The notes beneath the pieces were generated by a model, which saw only the letters and a list, made by a program, of their open reading frames with translations, was not told the origin of the DNA and did not search any database. The position numbers were made by a program, and so were the translations under genes. Positions 1-13,009 of a stretch of 64,000 nt of DNA are shown here, piece after piece. Origin of the DNA: Eledone cirrhosa. Lineage: Eukaryota. Location of the stretch: the NCBI GenBank assembly GCA_964016885.1, contig OZ024740.1, positions 16,740,001 through 16,804,000 of the forward strand, read 5' to 3'. Every line of letters starts with the position of its first letter. The first letter of the stretch is position 1.

Positions 1-3000
1 ATATCAGTGTAAATATGGTGGCTTCTAGACAGAGCTTTGCAGGGAGACATCAGTGTAAATATGGTGGCTTCTGGACAGAGGTTTACAGGGAGATATCAGT
101 GTAAATATGGTGGCATCTGGACAGATGTTTACAGGGAGACATCAGTGTAAATATGGTGGCTTCTAGACAGAGCTTTGCAGGGAGACATCAGTGTAAATAT
201 GGTGGCTTCTGGAGAGAAGTTTACAGGGAGACATCAGAGTAAATATGGTGGCTTCTAGACAGAGGTTTACAGGAAGACATCTGTGTAAATATGGTGGCAT
301 CTGGACAGAGGTTTACAGGGAGACATCAGTGTAAATATGGTGGCTTCTGGATAGAGCTTTACAGAGAGACATTAGTGTAAATATGGTGGCTTCTAGACAG
401 AGCTTTACAGGGAGATATCAGAGTAAATATAGTGTCTTCTGGACAGAGGTTTACAGGGAGACATCAGTGTAAATATGGTGGCTTCTAGACAGAGCTTTAC
501 AGGGAGATATCAGTGTAAATATGGTGGCTTCTAGACAGAGCTTTACAGGGAGACATTAGTGTATATATATTGGCTTCTAGACAGAGCTTTACAGGGAGAT
601 ATCAGTGTAAATATGGTGGCTTCTAGACAGAGCTTTACAGGGAGATATCAGAGTAAATATGGTGCCTTCTGGACAGAGGTTTACAGGGAGACATCAGTGT
701 AAATATGGTGGCTTCTGGATAGAGGTTTACAGGGAGACATCAGTGTAAATATGGTGGATTCTGGACAGAGATTTATAGGGAGATATCAGTGTTAATATGG
801 TGGCTTCTGGACAGAGGTTTACAGGGAGACATCAGTGTAAATGTGGTGGCATCTGGACAGAGGTTTACAATGAGACATCAGTGTAAATATGGTGTCTTCT
901 GGACAGGGCTTTACAGGGAGACATTAGTTTAAATATGGTGGCTTCTAGACAGAGGTTTACAGAGAGACATCAGTGTAAATATGGTGGCTTCTAGACGGAG
1001 GTTTACAGGGAGATATCAGTGTAAATATGGTGTCTTCTGGACAGAGGTTTCCAGGGAGATATCAGTGTAAATATGGTGTCTTCTGGACAGAGCTTTACAG
1101 GGAGATATCAGAGTAAATATGGCGGCTTCTGGACAGAGCTTTACAGGGAGACATCAGTGTAAATATGCTGGCTTCTAGACAGAGTTTTACAGGGAGACAT
1201 CAGTGTAAATATGGTGGCTTCTGGACAGATGTTTACAGGGAGACATTAGTGTAAAAATGGTGGCTTCTGGACGGAGGTTTACAGGGAGACATCAGTGTAA
1301 ATATGTTGGCTTCTAGACAGAGGTTTACAGGGAGACATCAGTGTAAATATGATGGCTTCTGGATAGAGGTTTACAGGGAGACATCAGTGTAAATATGGTG
1401 GCTTCTGGACAGAGGTTTACAGGGACACATCAGTGTAAATATGGTGGCTTCTGGACAGAGCATTACAGGGAGATATCAGAGTAAATATGGTGGCTTCTAG
1501 ACAAAGCTTTACAGGGAGACATCAGTGTAAATATGGTGGCTTCTAGACAGAGCTTTACAGGGAGACATCAGTGTAAATATGGTGGTTTCTAGACAAAGCT
1601 TTACAGGGAGACATCAGTGTAAATATGGTGGCTTCTAGACAAAGCTTTACAGGGAGACATCAGTGTAAATATGGTGGCTTCTTGACAGAGCTTTACAGGG
1701 AAACATCAGTGTAAATATGGTGGCTTCTGGACAGGTTTACAGGGAGATATCAGTGTAAATAAGGTGGCTTCTAGACAGAGGTTTACAGGGATATTTTAGT
1801 GTAAATATGGTGGCATCTGGACAGAGGTTTACAGGGAGACATCAGTGTAAATATGGTGGCTTCTCGACAGAGCTTTACAGGGAGATATCAGTGTAAATAT
1901 GGTGGCTTCTGGACAGAGGTTTACAAGGAGACATCCGTGTAAATATGTTGGCTTCTGGACAGAGCTTTACAGGGATACATTAGTGTAAATATGGTGGCTT
2001 CTAGACAGTGCTTTACAGGGAGATATCAGAGGAAATATAGTGGCTTCTGGACAGAGGTTTACAGGGAAATATCAGTGTAAATATGGTGGCATCTGGACAA
2101 AGGTTTACAGTGACACATCAGTGTAAATATGGTGGCTTCTAGACAGCGCTTTACAGGGAGATATCAGAGTAAATATGGTGGCTTCTGGACAGAGGTTTAC
2201 AGGTAGACCTCAGTGTAAATATGGTGACTTCTGGACAGAGGTTTACAGGGAGACATTAGTGTAAATATGGTGGCTTCTAGACAGAGGTTTACAGGGAGAT
2301 ATCAGAGTAAATATGGTGGCTTCTGGACAGAGGTTTACAGGTAAACATCAGTGTAAATATGGTGACTTCTGGACAGAGGTTTACAGGGAGACATCAGTGT
2401 AAAAATGGTGGCTTCTGGACAGAGGTTTACAAGGAGACATCAGTGTAAATATGTTGGCTTCTAGACAGAGGTTTACAGGGAGACATCAGTGTAAATATTG
2501 TGGCTTCTGGATAGAGGTTTACAGGGAGACATCAGTGTAAATATGGTGGCTTCTGGATAGAGGTTTACAGGGAGACATCAGTGTAAATATGGTGGCTTCT
2601 GGACAGAGGTTTACAGGGAGATATCAGTGTAAATATGGTGGCTTCTGGACAGAGGTTTACAGGGAGACATCAGTGTAAATATGGTGGCTCCTAGACAGAG
2701 GTTTACAGGGAGTCATCAGTGTAAATATGGTGGCTTCTAGACAGAGTTTTACAGGGAGATATCAGAGTAAATATGGTGGCTCCTAGACAAATCTTTACAG
2801 GGAGACATCAGTGTAAATATGGTGGCTTCTGGACAGAGGTTTACAAGGAGACATCAGTGTAAATATGGTGGCTTCTGGACAGAGCTTTACAGGGAGACAT
2901 TAGTGTAAATATGGTGGCTTCTAGACAGTTCTTTACAGGGAGATATCAGAGGAAATATAGTGGCTTCTGGACAGAGGTTTACAGGGAGATATCAGTGTAA

Positions 3001-4679
3001 ATATGGTGGCATCTGGACAAAGGTTTACAGTGACACATCAGTGTAAATATGGTGGCTTCTAGACAGAGCTTTACAGGGAGATATCAGAGTAAATATGGTG
3101 GCTTCTGGACAGAGGTTTACAGGTAGACATCAGTGTAAATATGGTGACTTCTGGACAGAGGTTTACAGGGAGACATTAGTGTAAACATGGTGGCTTCTAG
3201 ACAGAGGTTTACAGGGAGATATCAGAGTAAATATGGTGGCTTCTGGACAGAGCTTTACAGGGAGACATCAGTGTAAATATGGTGGCTTCTGGACAGAGGT
3301 TTACAGGGAGACATCAGTGTAAAAATGGTGGCTTCTGGACAGAGGTTTACAGGGAGACAATCAGTGTAAATATGGTGGCTTCTGGACAGAGGTTTACAGG
3401 GAGACATCAGTGTAAATATGTTGGCTTCTAGACAGAGGTTTACAGGGAGACATCAGTGTAAATATTGTGGCTTCTGGATAGAGGTTTACAGGGAGACATC
3501 AGTGTAAATATGGTGGCTTCTAGACAGAGGTTTACAGGGAGTCATCAGTGTAAATATGGTGGCTTCTAGACAGAGCTTTACAGGGAGATATCAGAGTAAA
3601 TATGGTGGCTTCTAGACAAAGCTTTACAGGGAGACATCAGTGTAAATATGGTAGCTTCTAGACAGGTTTACTGGGAGACATCAGTGTAAATATCGTGGCT
3701 TCTAGACAGAGCTTTACAGGGAGACATCAGTGTAAATATCGTGGCTTCTAAACAGAGCTTTACAGGGAGACATCAGTGTAAATATGGTGGCTTCTAGACA
3801 GAGCTTTACAGGGAGACATCAGTGTAAATATGATTGCTTCTGGACAGAGGTTTACAGGGAGACATCAGTGTAAATATGGTGGCTTCTGGACAGAGGTATA
3901 CAGGGAGATATCAGTGTAAATATGGTGGCTTCTGGACAGAGCTTTACAGGGAGATATCAGAGTAAATATGGTGGCTTCTAGACAAAGCTTTACAGGGAGA
4001 CATCAGTGTAAATATGGTGGCTTCTAGACAGGTTTACTGGGAGACATCAGTGTAAATATCGTGGCTTCTAGACAAAGCTTTACAGGGAGACATCAGTGTA
4101 AATATGGTTGCTTCTGGACAGAGGTTTACAGGGAGACATCAGTGTAAATATGGTGGCTTCTGGACAGAGGTTTACAGGGAGATATCAGTGTAAATATGGT
4201 GGCTTCTGGACAGAGCTTTACAGGGAGATATCAGAGTAAATATGGTGGCTTCTAGACAGAGCTTTACAGGGAGACATCAGTGTAAATATGGTGGCTCCTA
4301 GACAGAGCTTTACAGGGAGACATCAGTGTAAATATGGTGGCTTCTGGACAGAGGTTTACAGGGAGATATCAGTGTAAATATGGTGGCTTCTAGACAGAGC
4401 TTTGCAGGGAGACATCAGTGTAAATATGGTGGCTTCTGGACAGAGGTTTACAGGGAGACATCAGAGTAAATATGGTGGCTTCTAGACAGAGGTTTACAGG
4501 GAGATATCAGTGTAAATATGGTGGCATCTGGACAGATGTTTACAGGGAGACATCAGTGTAAATATGGTGGCTTCTGGATAGAGCTTTACAGAGAGACATT
4601 AGTGTAAATATGGTGGCTTCTAGACAGAGCTTTACAGGGAGATATCAGAGTAAATATAGTGTCTTCTGGACAGAGGTTT

Positions 4680-7600
4680 ACAGGGAGACATCAGTGTAAA
4701 TATGGTGGCTTCTAGACAGAGCTTTACAGGGAGATATCAGTGTAAATATGGTGGCTTCTAGACAGAGCTTTACAGGGAGACATTAGTGTATATATATTGG
4801 CTTCTAGACAGAGCTTTACAGGGAGATATCAGTGTAAATATGGTGGCTTCTAGACAGAGCTTTACAGGGAGATATCAGAGTAAATATGGTGCCTTCTGGA
4901 CAGAGGTTTACAGGGAGACATCAGTGTAAATATGGTGGCTTCTGGATAGAGGTTTACAGGGAGACATCAGTGTAAATATGGTGGATTCTGGACAGAGGTT
5001 TACAGGGAGACATTAGTGTAAATATGGTGGCTTCTGGACAGAGATTTATAGGGAGATATCAGTGTTAATATGGTGGCTTCTGGACAGAGGTTTACAGGGA
5101 GACATCAGTGTAAATGTGGTGGCATCTGGACAGAGGTTTACAATGAGACATCAGTGTAAATATGGTGTCTTCTGGACAGGGCTTTACAGGGAGACATTAG
5201 TTTAAATATGGTGGCTTCTAGACAGAGGTTTACAGGGAGACATCAGTGTAAATATGGTGGCTTCTAGACGGAGGTTTACAGGGAGATATCAGTGTAAATA
5301 TGGTGTCTTCTGGACAGAGGTTTCCAGGGAGATATCAGTGTAAATATGGTGTCTTCTGGACAGAGCTTTACAGGGAGATATCAGAGTAAATATGGCGGCT
5401 TCTGGACAGAGCTTTACAGGGAGACATCAGTGTAAATATGCTGGCTTCTAGACAGAGTTTTACAGGGAGACATCAGTGTAAATATGCTGGCTTCTGGACA
5501 GATGTTTACAGGGAGACATTAGTGTAAAAATGGTGGCTTCTGGACGGAGGTTTACAGGGAGACATCAGTGTAAATATGTTGGCTTCTAGACAGAGGTTTA
5601 CAGGGAGACATCAGTGTAAATATGATGGCTTCTGGATAGAGGTTTACAGGGAGACATCAGTGTAAATATGGTGGCTTCTGGACAGAGGTTTACAGGGACA
5701 CATCAGTGTAAATATGGTGGCTTCTGGACAGAGGTTTACAGGGAGTCATCAGAGTAAATATGGTGGCTTCTAGACAGAGCATTACAGGGAGATATCAGAG
5801 TAAATATGGTGGCTTCTAGACAAAGCTTTACAGGGAGACATCAGTGTTAATATGGTGGCTTCTAGACAGAGCTTTACAGGGAGACATCAGTGTAAATATG
5901 GTGGTTTCTAGACAAAGCTTTACAGGGAGACATCAGTGTAAATATGGTGGCTTCTAGACAAAGCTTTACAGGGAGACATCAGTGTAAATATGGTGGCTTC
6001 TTGACAGAGCTTTACAGGGAAACATCAGTGTAAATATGGTGGCTTCTGGACAGGTTTACAGGGAGATATCAGTGTAAATATGGTGGCTTCTAGACAGAGC
6101 TTTGCAGGGAGACATCAGTGTAAATATGGTGGCTTCTGGACAGAGGTTTACAGGGAGATATCAGAGTAAATATGGTGGCTTCTAGACAGAGGTTTACAGG
6201 GATATTTTAGTGTAAATATGGTGGCATCTGGACAGAGGTTTACAGGGAGACATCAGTGTAAATATGGTGGCTTCTCGACAGAGCTTTACAGGGAGATATC
6301 AGTGTAAATATGGTGGCTTCTGGACAGAGGTTTACAAGGAGACATCCGTGTAAATATGTTGGCTTCTGGACAGAGCTTTACAGGGATACATTAGTGTAAA
6401 TATGGTGGCTTCTAGACAGTGCTTTACAGGGAGATTTCAGAGGAAATATAGTGGCTTCTGGACAGAGGTTTACAGGGAGATATCAGTGTAAATATGGTGG
6501 CATCTGGACAAAGGTTTACAGTGACACATCAGTGTAAATATGGTGGCTTCTAGACAGCGCTTTACAGGGAGATATCAGTGTAAATATGGTGGCTTCTAGA
6601 CAGAGCTTTACAGGGAGACATTAGTGTATATATATTGGCTTCTAGACAGAGCTTTACAGGGAGATATCAGTGTAAATATGGTGGCTTCTAGACAGAGCTT
6701 TACAGGGAGATATCAGAGTAAATATTGTGCCTTCTGGACAGAGGTTTACAGGGAGACATCAGTGTAAATATGGTGGCTTCTGGATAGAGGTTTACAGGGA
6801 GACATCAGTGTAAATATGGTGGATTCTGGACAGAGGTTTACAGGGAGACATTAGTGTAAATATGGTGGCTTCTGGACAGAGATTTATAGGGAGATATCAG
6901 TGTTAATATGGTGGCTTCTGGACAGAGGTTTACAGGGAGACATCAGTGTAAATGTGGTGGCATCTGGACAGAGGTTTACAATGAGACATCAGTGTAAATA
7001 TGGTGTCTTCTGGACAGGGCTTTACAGGGAGACATTAGTTTAAATATGGTGGCTTCTAGACAGAGGTTTACAGGGAGACATCAGTGTAAATATGGTGGCT
7101 TCTAGACGGAGGTTTACAGGGAGATATCAGTGTAAATATGGTGGCTTCTGGACAGAGGTTTACAAGGAGACATCCGTGTAAATATGTTGGCTTCTGGACA
7201 GAGCTTTACAGGGATACATTAGTGTAAATATGGTGGCTTCTAGACAGTGCTTTACAGGGAGATTTCAGAGGAAATATAGTGGCTTCTGGACAGAGGTTTA
7301 CAGGGAGATATCAGTGTAAATATGGTGGCATCTGGACAGAGGTTTACAGGGAGACATCAGTGTAAATATGGTGGCTTCTAGACAGAGCTTTACAGGGAGA
7401 TATCAGTGTAAATATGGTGGCTTCTAGACAGAGCTTTACAGGGAGACATTAGTGTATATATATTGGCTTCTAGACAGAGCTTTACAGGGAGATATCAGTG
7501 TAAATATGGTGGCTTCTAGACAGAGCTTTACAGGGAGATATCAGAGTAAATATGGTGCCTTCTGGACAGAGGTTTACAGGGAGACATCAGTGTAAATATG

Positions 7601-10600
7601 GTGGCTTCTGGATAGAGGTTTACAGGGAGACATCAGTGTAAATATGGTGGATTCTGGACAGAGGTTTACAGGGAGACATTAGTGTAAATATGGTGGCTTC
7701 TGGACAGAGATTTATAGGGAGATATCAGTGTTAATATGGTGGCTTCTGGACAGAGGTTTACAGGGAGACATCAGTGTAAATGTGGTGGCATCTGGACAGA
7801 GGTTTACAATGAGACATCAGTGTAAATATGGTGTCTTCTGGACAGGGCTTTACAGGGAGACATTAGTTTAAATATGGTGGCTTCTAGACAGAGGTTTACA
7901 GGGAGACATCAGTGTAAATATGGTGGCTTCTAGACGGAGGTTTACAGGGAGATATCAGTGTAAATATGGTGTCTTCTGGACAGAGGTTTCCAGGGAGATA
8001 TCAGTGTAAATATGGTGTCTTCTGGACAGAGCTTTACAGGGAGATATCAGAGTAAATATGGCGGCTTCTGGACAGAGCTTTACAGGGAGACATCAGTGTA
8101 AATATGCTGGCTTCTAGACAGAGTTTTACAGGGAGACATCAGTGTAAATATGCTGGCTTCTGGACAGATGTTTACAGGGAGACATTAGTGTAAAAATGGT
8201 GGCTTCTGGACGGAGGTTTACAGGGAGACATCAGTGTAAATATGTTGGCTTCTAGACAGAGGTTTACAGGGAGACATCAGTGTAAATATGATGGCTTCTG
8301 GATAGAGGTTTACAGGGAGACATCAGTGTAAATATGGTGGCTTCTGGACAGAGGTTTACAGGGACACATCAGTGTAAATATGGTGGCTTCTGGACAGAGG
8401 TTTACAGGGAGTCATCAGAGTAAATATGGTGGCTTCTAGACAGAGCATTACAGGGAGATATCAGAGTAAATATGGTGGCTTCTAGACAAAGCTTTACAGG
8501 GAGACATCAGTGTAAATATGGTGGCTTCTAGACAGAGCTTTACAGGGAGACATCAGTGTAAATATGGTGGTTTCTAGACAAAGCTTTACAGGGAGACATC
8601 AGTGTAAATATGGTGGCTTCTAGACAAAGCTTTACAGGGAGACATCAGTGTAAATATGGTGGCTTCTTGACAGAGCTTTACAGGGAAACATCAGTGTAAA
8701 TATGGTGGCTTCTGGACAGGTTTACAGGGAGATATCAGTGTAAATATGGTGGCTTCTAGACAGAGCTTTGCAGGGAGACATCAGTGTAAATATGGTGGCT
8801 TCTGGACAGAGGTTTACAGGGAGATATCAGAGTAAATATGGTGGCTTCTAGACAGAGGTTTACAGGGATATTTTAGTGTAAATATGGTGGCATCTGGACA
8901 GAGGTTTACAGGGAGACATCAGTGTAAATATGGTGGCTTCTCGACAGAGCTTTACAGGGAGATATCAGTGTAAATATGGTGGCTTCTGGACAGAGGTTTA
9001 CAAGGAGACATCCGTGTAAATATGTTGGCTTCTGGACAGAGCTTTACAGGGATACATTAGTGTAAATATGGTGGCTTCTAGACAGTACTTTACAGGGAGA
9101 TTTCAGAGGAAATATAGTGGCTTCTGGACAGAGGTTTACAGGGAGATATCAGTGTAAATATGGTGGCATCTGGACAAAGGTTTACAGTGACACATCAGTG
9201 TAAATATGGTGGCTTCTAGACAGCGCTTTACAGGGAGACATTAGTGTATATATATTGGCTTCTAGACAGAGCTTTACAGGGAGATATCAGTGTAAATATG
9301 GTGGCTTCTAGACAGAGCTTTACAGGGAGATATCAGAGTAAATATTGTGCCTTCTGGACAGAGGTTTACAGGGAGACATCAGTGTAAATATGGTGGCTTC
9401 TGGATAGAGGTTTACAGGGAGACATCAGTGTAAATATGGTGGATTCTGGACAGAGGTTTACAGGGAGACATTAGTGTAAATATGGTGGCTTCTGGACAGA
9501 GATTTATAGGGAGATATCAGTGTTAATATGGTGGCTTCTGGACAGAGGTTTACAGGGAGACATCAGTGTAAATGTGGTGGCATCTGGACAGAGGTTTACA
9601 ATGAGACATCAGTGTAAATATGGTGTCTTCTGGACAGGGCTTTACAGGGAGACATTAGTTTAAATATGGTGGCTTCTAGACAGAGGTTTACAGGGAGACA
9701 TCAGTGTAAATATGGTGGCTTCTAGACGGAGGTTTACAGGGAGATATCAGTGTAAATATGGTGGCTTCTGGACAGAGGTTTACAAGGAGACATCCGTGTA
9801 AATATGTTGGCTTCTGGACAGAGCTTTACAGGGATACATTAGTGTAAATATGGTGGCTTCTAGACAGTGCTTTACAGGGAGATTTCAGAGGAAATATAGT
9901 GGCTTCTGGACAGAGGTTTACAGGGAGATATCAGTGTAAATATGGTGGCATCTGGACAGAGGTTTACAGGGAGACATCAGTGTAAATATGGTGGCTTCTA
10001 GACAGAGCTTTACAGGGAGATATCAGTGTAAATATGGTGGCTTCTAGACAGAGCTTTACAGGGAGACATTAGTGTATATATATTGGCTTCTAGACAGAGC
10101 TTTACAGGGAGATATCAGTGTAAATATGGTGGCTTCTAGACAGAGCTTTACAGGGAGATATCAGAGTAAATATGGTGCCTTCTGGACAGAGGTTTACAGG
10201 GAGACATCAGTGTAAATATGGTGGCTTCTGGATAGAGGTTTACAGGGAGACATCAGTGTAAATATGGTGGATTCTGGACAGAGGTTTACAGGGAGACATT
10301 AGTGTAAATATGGTGGCTTCTGGACAGAGATTGATAGGGAGATATCAGTGTTAATATGGTGGCTTCTGGACAGAGGTTTACAGGGAGACATCAGTGTAAA
10401 TGTGGTGGCATCTGGACAGAGGTTTACAATGAGACATCAGTGTAAATATGGTGTCTTCTGGACAGGGCTTTACAGGGAGACATTAGTTTAAATATGGTGG
10501 CTTCTAGACAGAGGTTTACAGGGAGACATCAGTGTAAATATGGTGGCTTCTAGACGGAGGTTTACAGGGAGATATCAGTGTAAATATGGTGTCTTCTGGA

Positions 10601-11850
10601 CAGAGGTTTCCAGGGAGATATCAGTGTAAATATGGTGTCTTCTGGACAGAGCTTTACAGGGAGATATCAGAGTAAATATGGCGGCTTCTGGACAGAGCTT
10701 TACAGGGAGACATCAGTGTAAATATGCTGGCTTCTAGACAGAGTTTTACAGGGAGACATCAGTGTAAATATGCTGGCTTCTGGACAGATGTTTACAGGGA
10801 GACATTAGTGTAAAAATGGTGGCTTCTGGACGGAGGTTTACAGGGAGACATCAGTGTAAATATGTTGGCTTCTAGACAGAGGTTTACAGGGAGACATCAG
10901 TGTAAATATGATGGCTTCTGGATAGAGGTTTACAGGGAGACATCAGTGTAAATATGGTGGCTTCTGGACAGAGGTTTACAGGGACACATCAGTGTAAATA
11001 TGGTGGCTTCTGGACAGAGGTTTACAGGGAGTCATCAGAGTAAATATGGTGGCTTCTAGACAGAGCATTACAGGGAGATATCAGAGTAAATATGGTGGCT
11101 TCTAGACAAAGCTTTACAGGGAGACATCAGTGTAAATATGGTGGCTTCTAGACAGAGCTTTACAGGGAGACATCAGTGTAAATATGGTGGTTTCTAGACA
11201 AAGCTTTACAGGGAGACATCAGTGTAAATATGGTGGCTTCTAGACAAAGCTTTACAGGGAGACATCAGTGTAAATATGGTGGCTTCTTGACAGAGCTTTA
11301 CAGGGAAACATCAGTGTAAATATGGTGGCTTCTGGACAGGTTTACAGGGAGATATCAGTGTAAATATGGTGGCTTCTAGACAGAGCTTTGCAGGGAGACA
11401 TCAGTGTAAATATGGTGGCTTCTGGACAGAGGTTTACAGGGAGATATCAGAGTAAATATGGTGGCTTCTAGACAGAGGTTTACAGGGATATTTTAGTGTA
11501 AATATGGTGGCATCTGGACAGAGGTTTACAGGGAGACATCAGTGTAAATATGGTGGCTTCTCGACAGAGCTTTACAGGGAGATATCAGTGTAAATATGGT
11601 GGCTTCTGGACAGAGGTTTACAAGGAGACATCCGTGTAAATATGTTGGCTTCTGGACAGAGCTTTACAGGGATACATTAGTGTAAATATGGTGGCTTCTA
11701 GACAGTGCTTTACAGGGAGATTTCAGAGGAAATATAGTGGCTTCTGGACAGAGGTTTACAGGGAGATATCAGTGTAAATATGGTGGCATCTGGACAAAGG
11801 TTTACAGTGACACATCAGTGTAAATATGGTGGCTTCTAGACAGCGCTTTA
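4680..11850 (+). repeat. Higher-order repeat: ~3 tandem copies of a 57-58-monomer unit built from a 39/40-mer plus an 18-mer
   Basis: Marker GTATATATATTGG lies at 4788, 6626, 7454, 9246 and 10074; spacings are 1838 (40x46-2), 828 (18x46), 1792 (39x46-2) and 828. The series of rare variants (CTTCTTGAC, GGGATATTTTAG, CTCGAC, CATCCGTG, GATTTCAGAGG, CAGTGACAC) recurs in the same order. Confidence 0.9.
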
Positions 11851-13009
11851 CAGGGAGATATCAGAGTAAAAATGGTGGCTTCTGGACAGAGGTTTACAGG
11901 TAGACATCAGTGTAAATATGGTGACTTCTGGACAGAGGTTTACAGGGAGACATTAGTGTAAATATGGTGGCTTCTAGACAGAGGTTTACAGGGAGATATC
12001 AGAGTAAATATGGTGGCTTCTGGACAGAGCTTTACAGGGAGATATCAGTGTAAATATGGTGGCTTCTGGACAGAGCTTTACAGGGAGATATCAGAGTAAA
12101 TATGGTGGCTTCTAGACAAAGCTTTACAGGGAGACATCAGTGTAAATATGGTGGCTTCTAGACAGGTTTACTGGGAGACATCAGTGTAAATATCGTGGCT
12201 TCTAGACAAAGCTTTACAGGGAGACATCAGTGTAAATATGGTGGCTCCTAGACAGAGCTTTACAGGGAGACATCAGTGTAAATATGGTGGCTTCTGGACA
12301 GAGGTTTACAGGGAGATATCAGTGTAAATATGGTGGCTTCTAGACAGAGCTTTGCAGGGAGACATCAGTGTAAATATGGTGGCTTCTGGACAGAGGTTTA
12401 CAGGGAGACATCAGAGTAAATATGGTGGCTTCTAGACAGAGGTTTACAGGGAGATATCAGTGTAAATATGGTGGCATCTGGACAGATGTTTACAGGGAGA
12501 CATCAGTGTAAATATGGTGGCTTCTAGACAGAGCTTTGCAGGGAGACATCAGTGTAAATATGGTGGCTTCTAGACAGAGCTTTACAGGGAGACATCAGAG
12601 TAAATATGGTGGCTTCTAGACAGAGGTTTACAGGAAGACATCAGTGTAAATATGGTGGCATCTGGACAGAGGTTTACAGGAAGACATCAGTGTAAATATG
12701 GTGGCTTCTGGATAGAGCTTTACAGAGAGACATTAGTGTAAATATGGTGGCTTCTAGACAGAGCTTTACAGGGAGATATCAGAGTAAATATAGTGTCTTC
12801 TGGACAGAGGTTTACAGGGAGACATCAGTGTAAATATGGTGGCTTCTAGACAGAGCTTTACAGGGAGATATCAGTGTAAATATGGTGGCTTCTAGACAGA
12901 GCTTTACAGGGAGACATTAGTGTATATATATTGGCTTCTAGACAGAGCTTTACAGGGAGATATCAGTGTAAATATGGTGGCTTCTAGACAGAGTTTCACA
13001 GGGAGATAT

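Noticed and set aside
561-572. TATATATA as a TATA-box promoter
   Set aside because: It is a variant monomer inside the satellite, copied 16 times by duplication, with no downstream gene.
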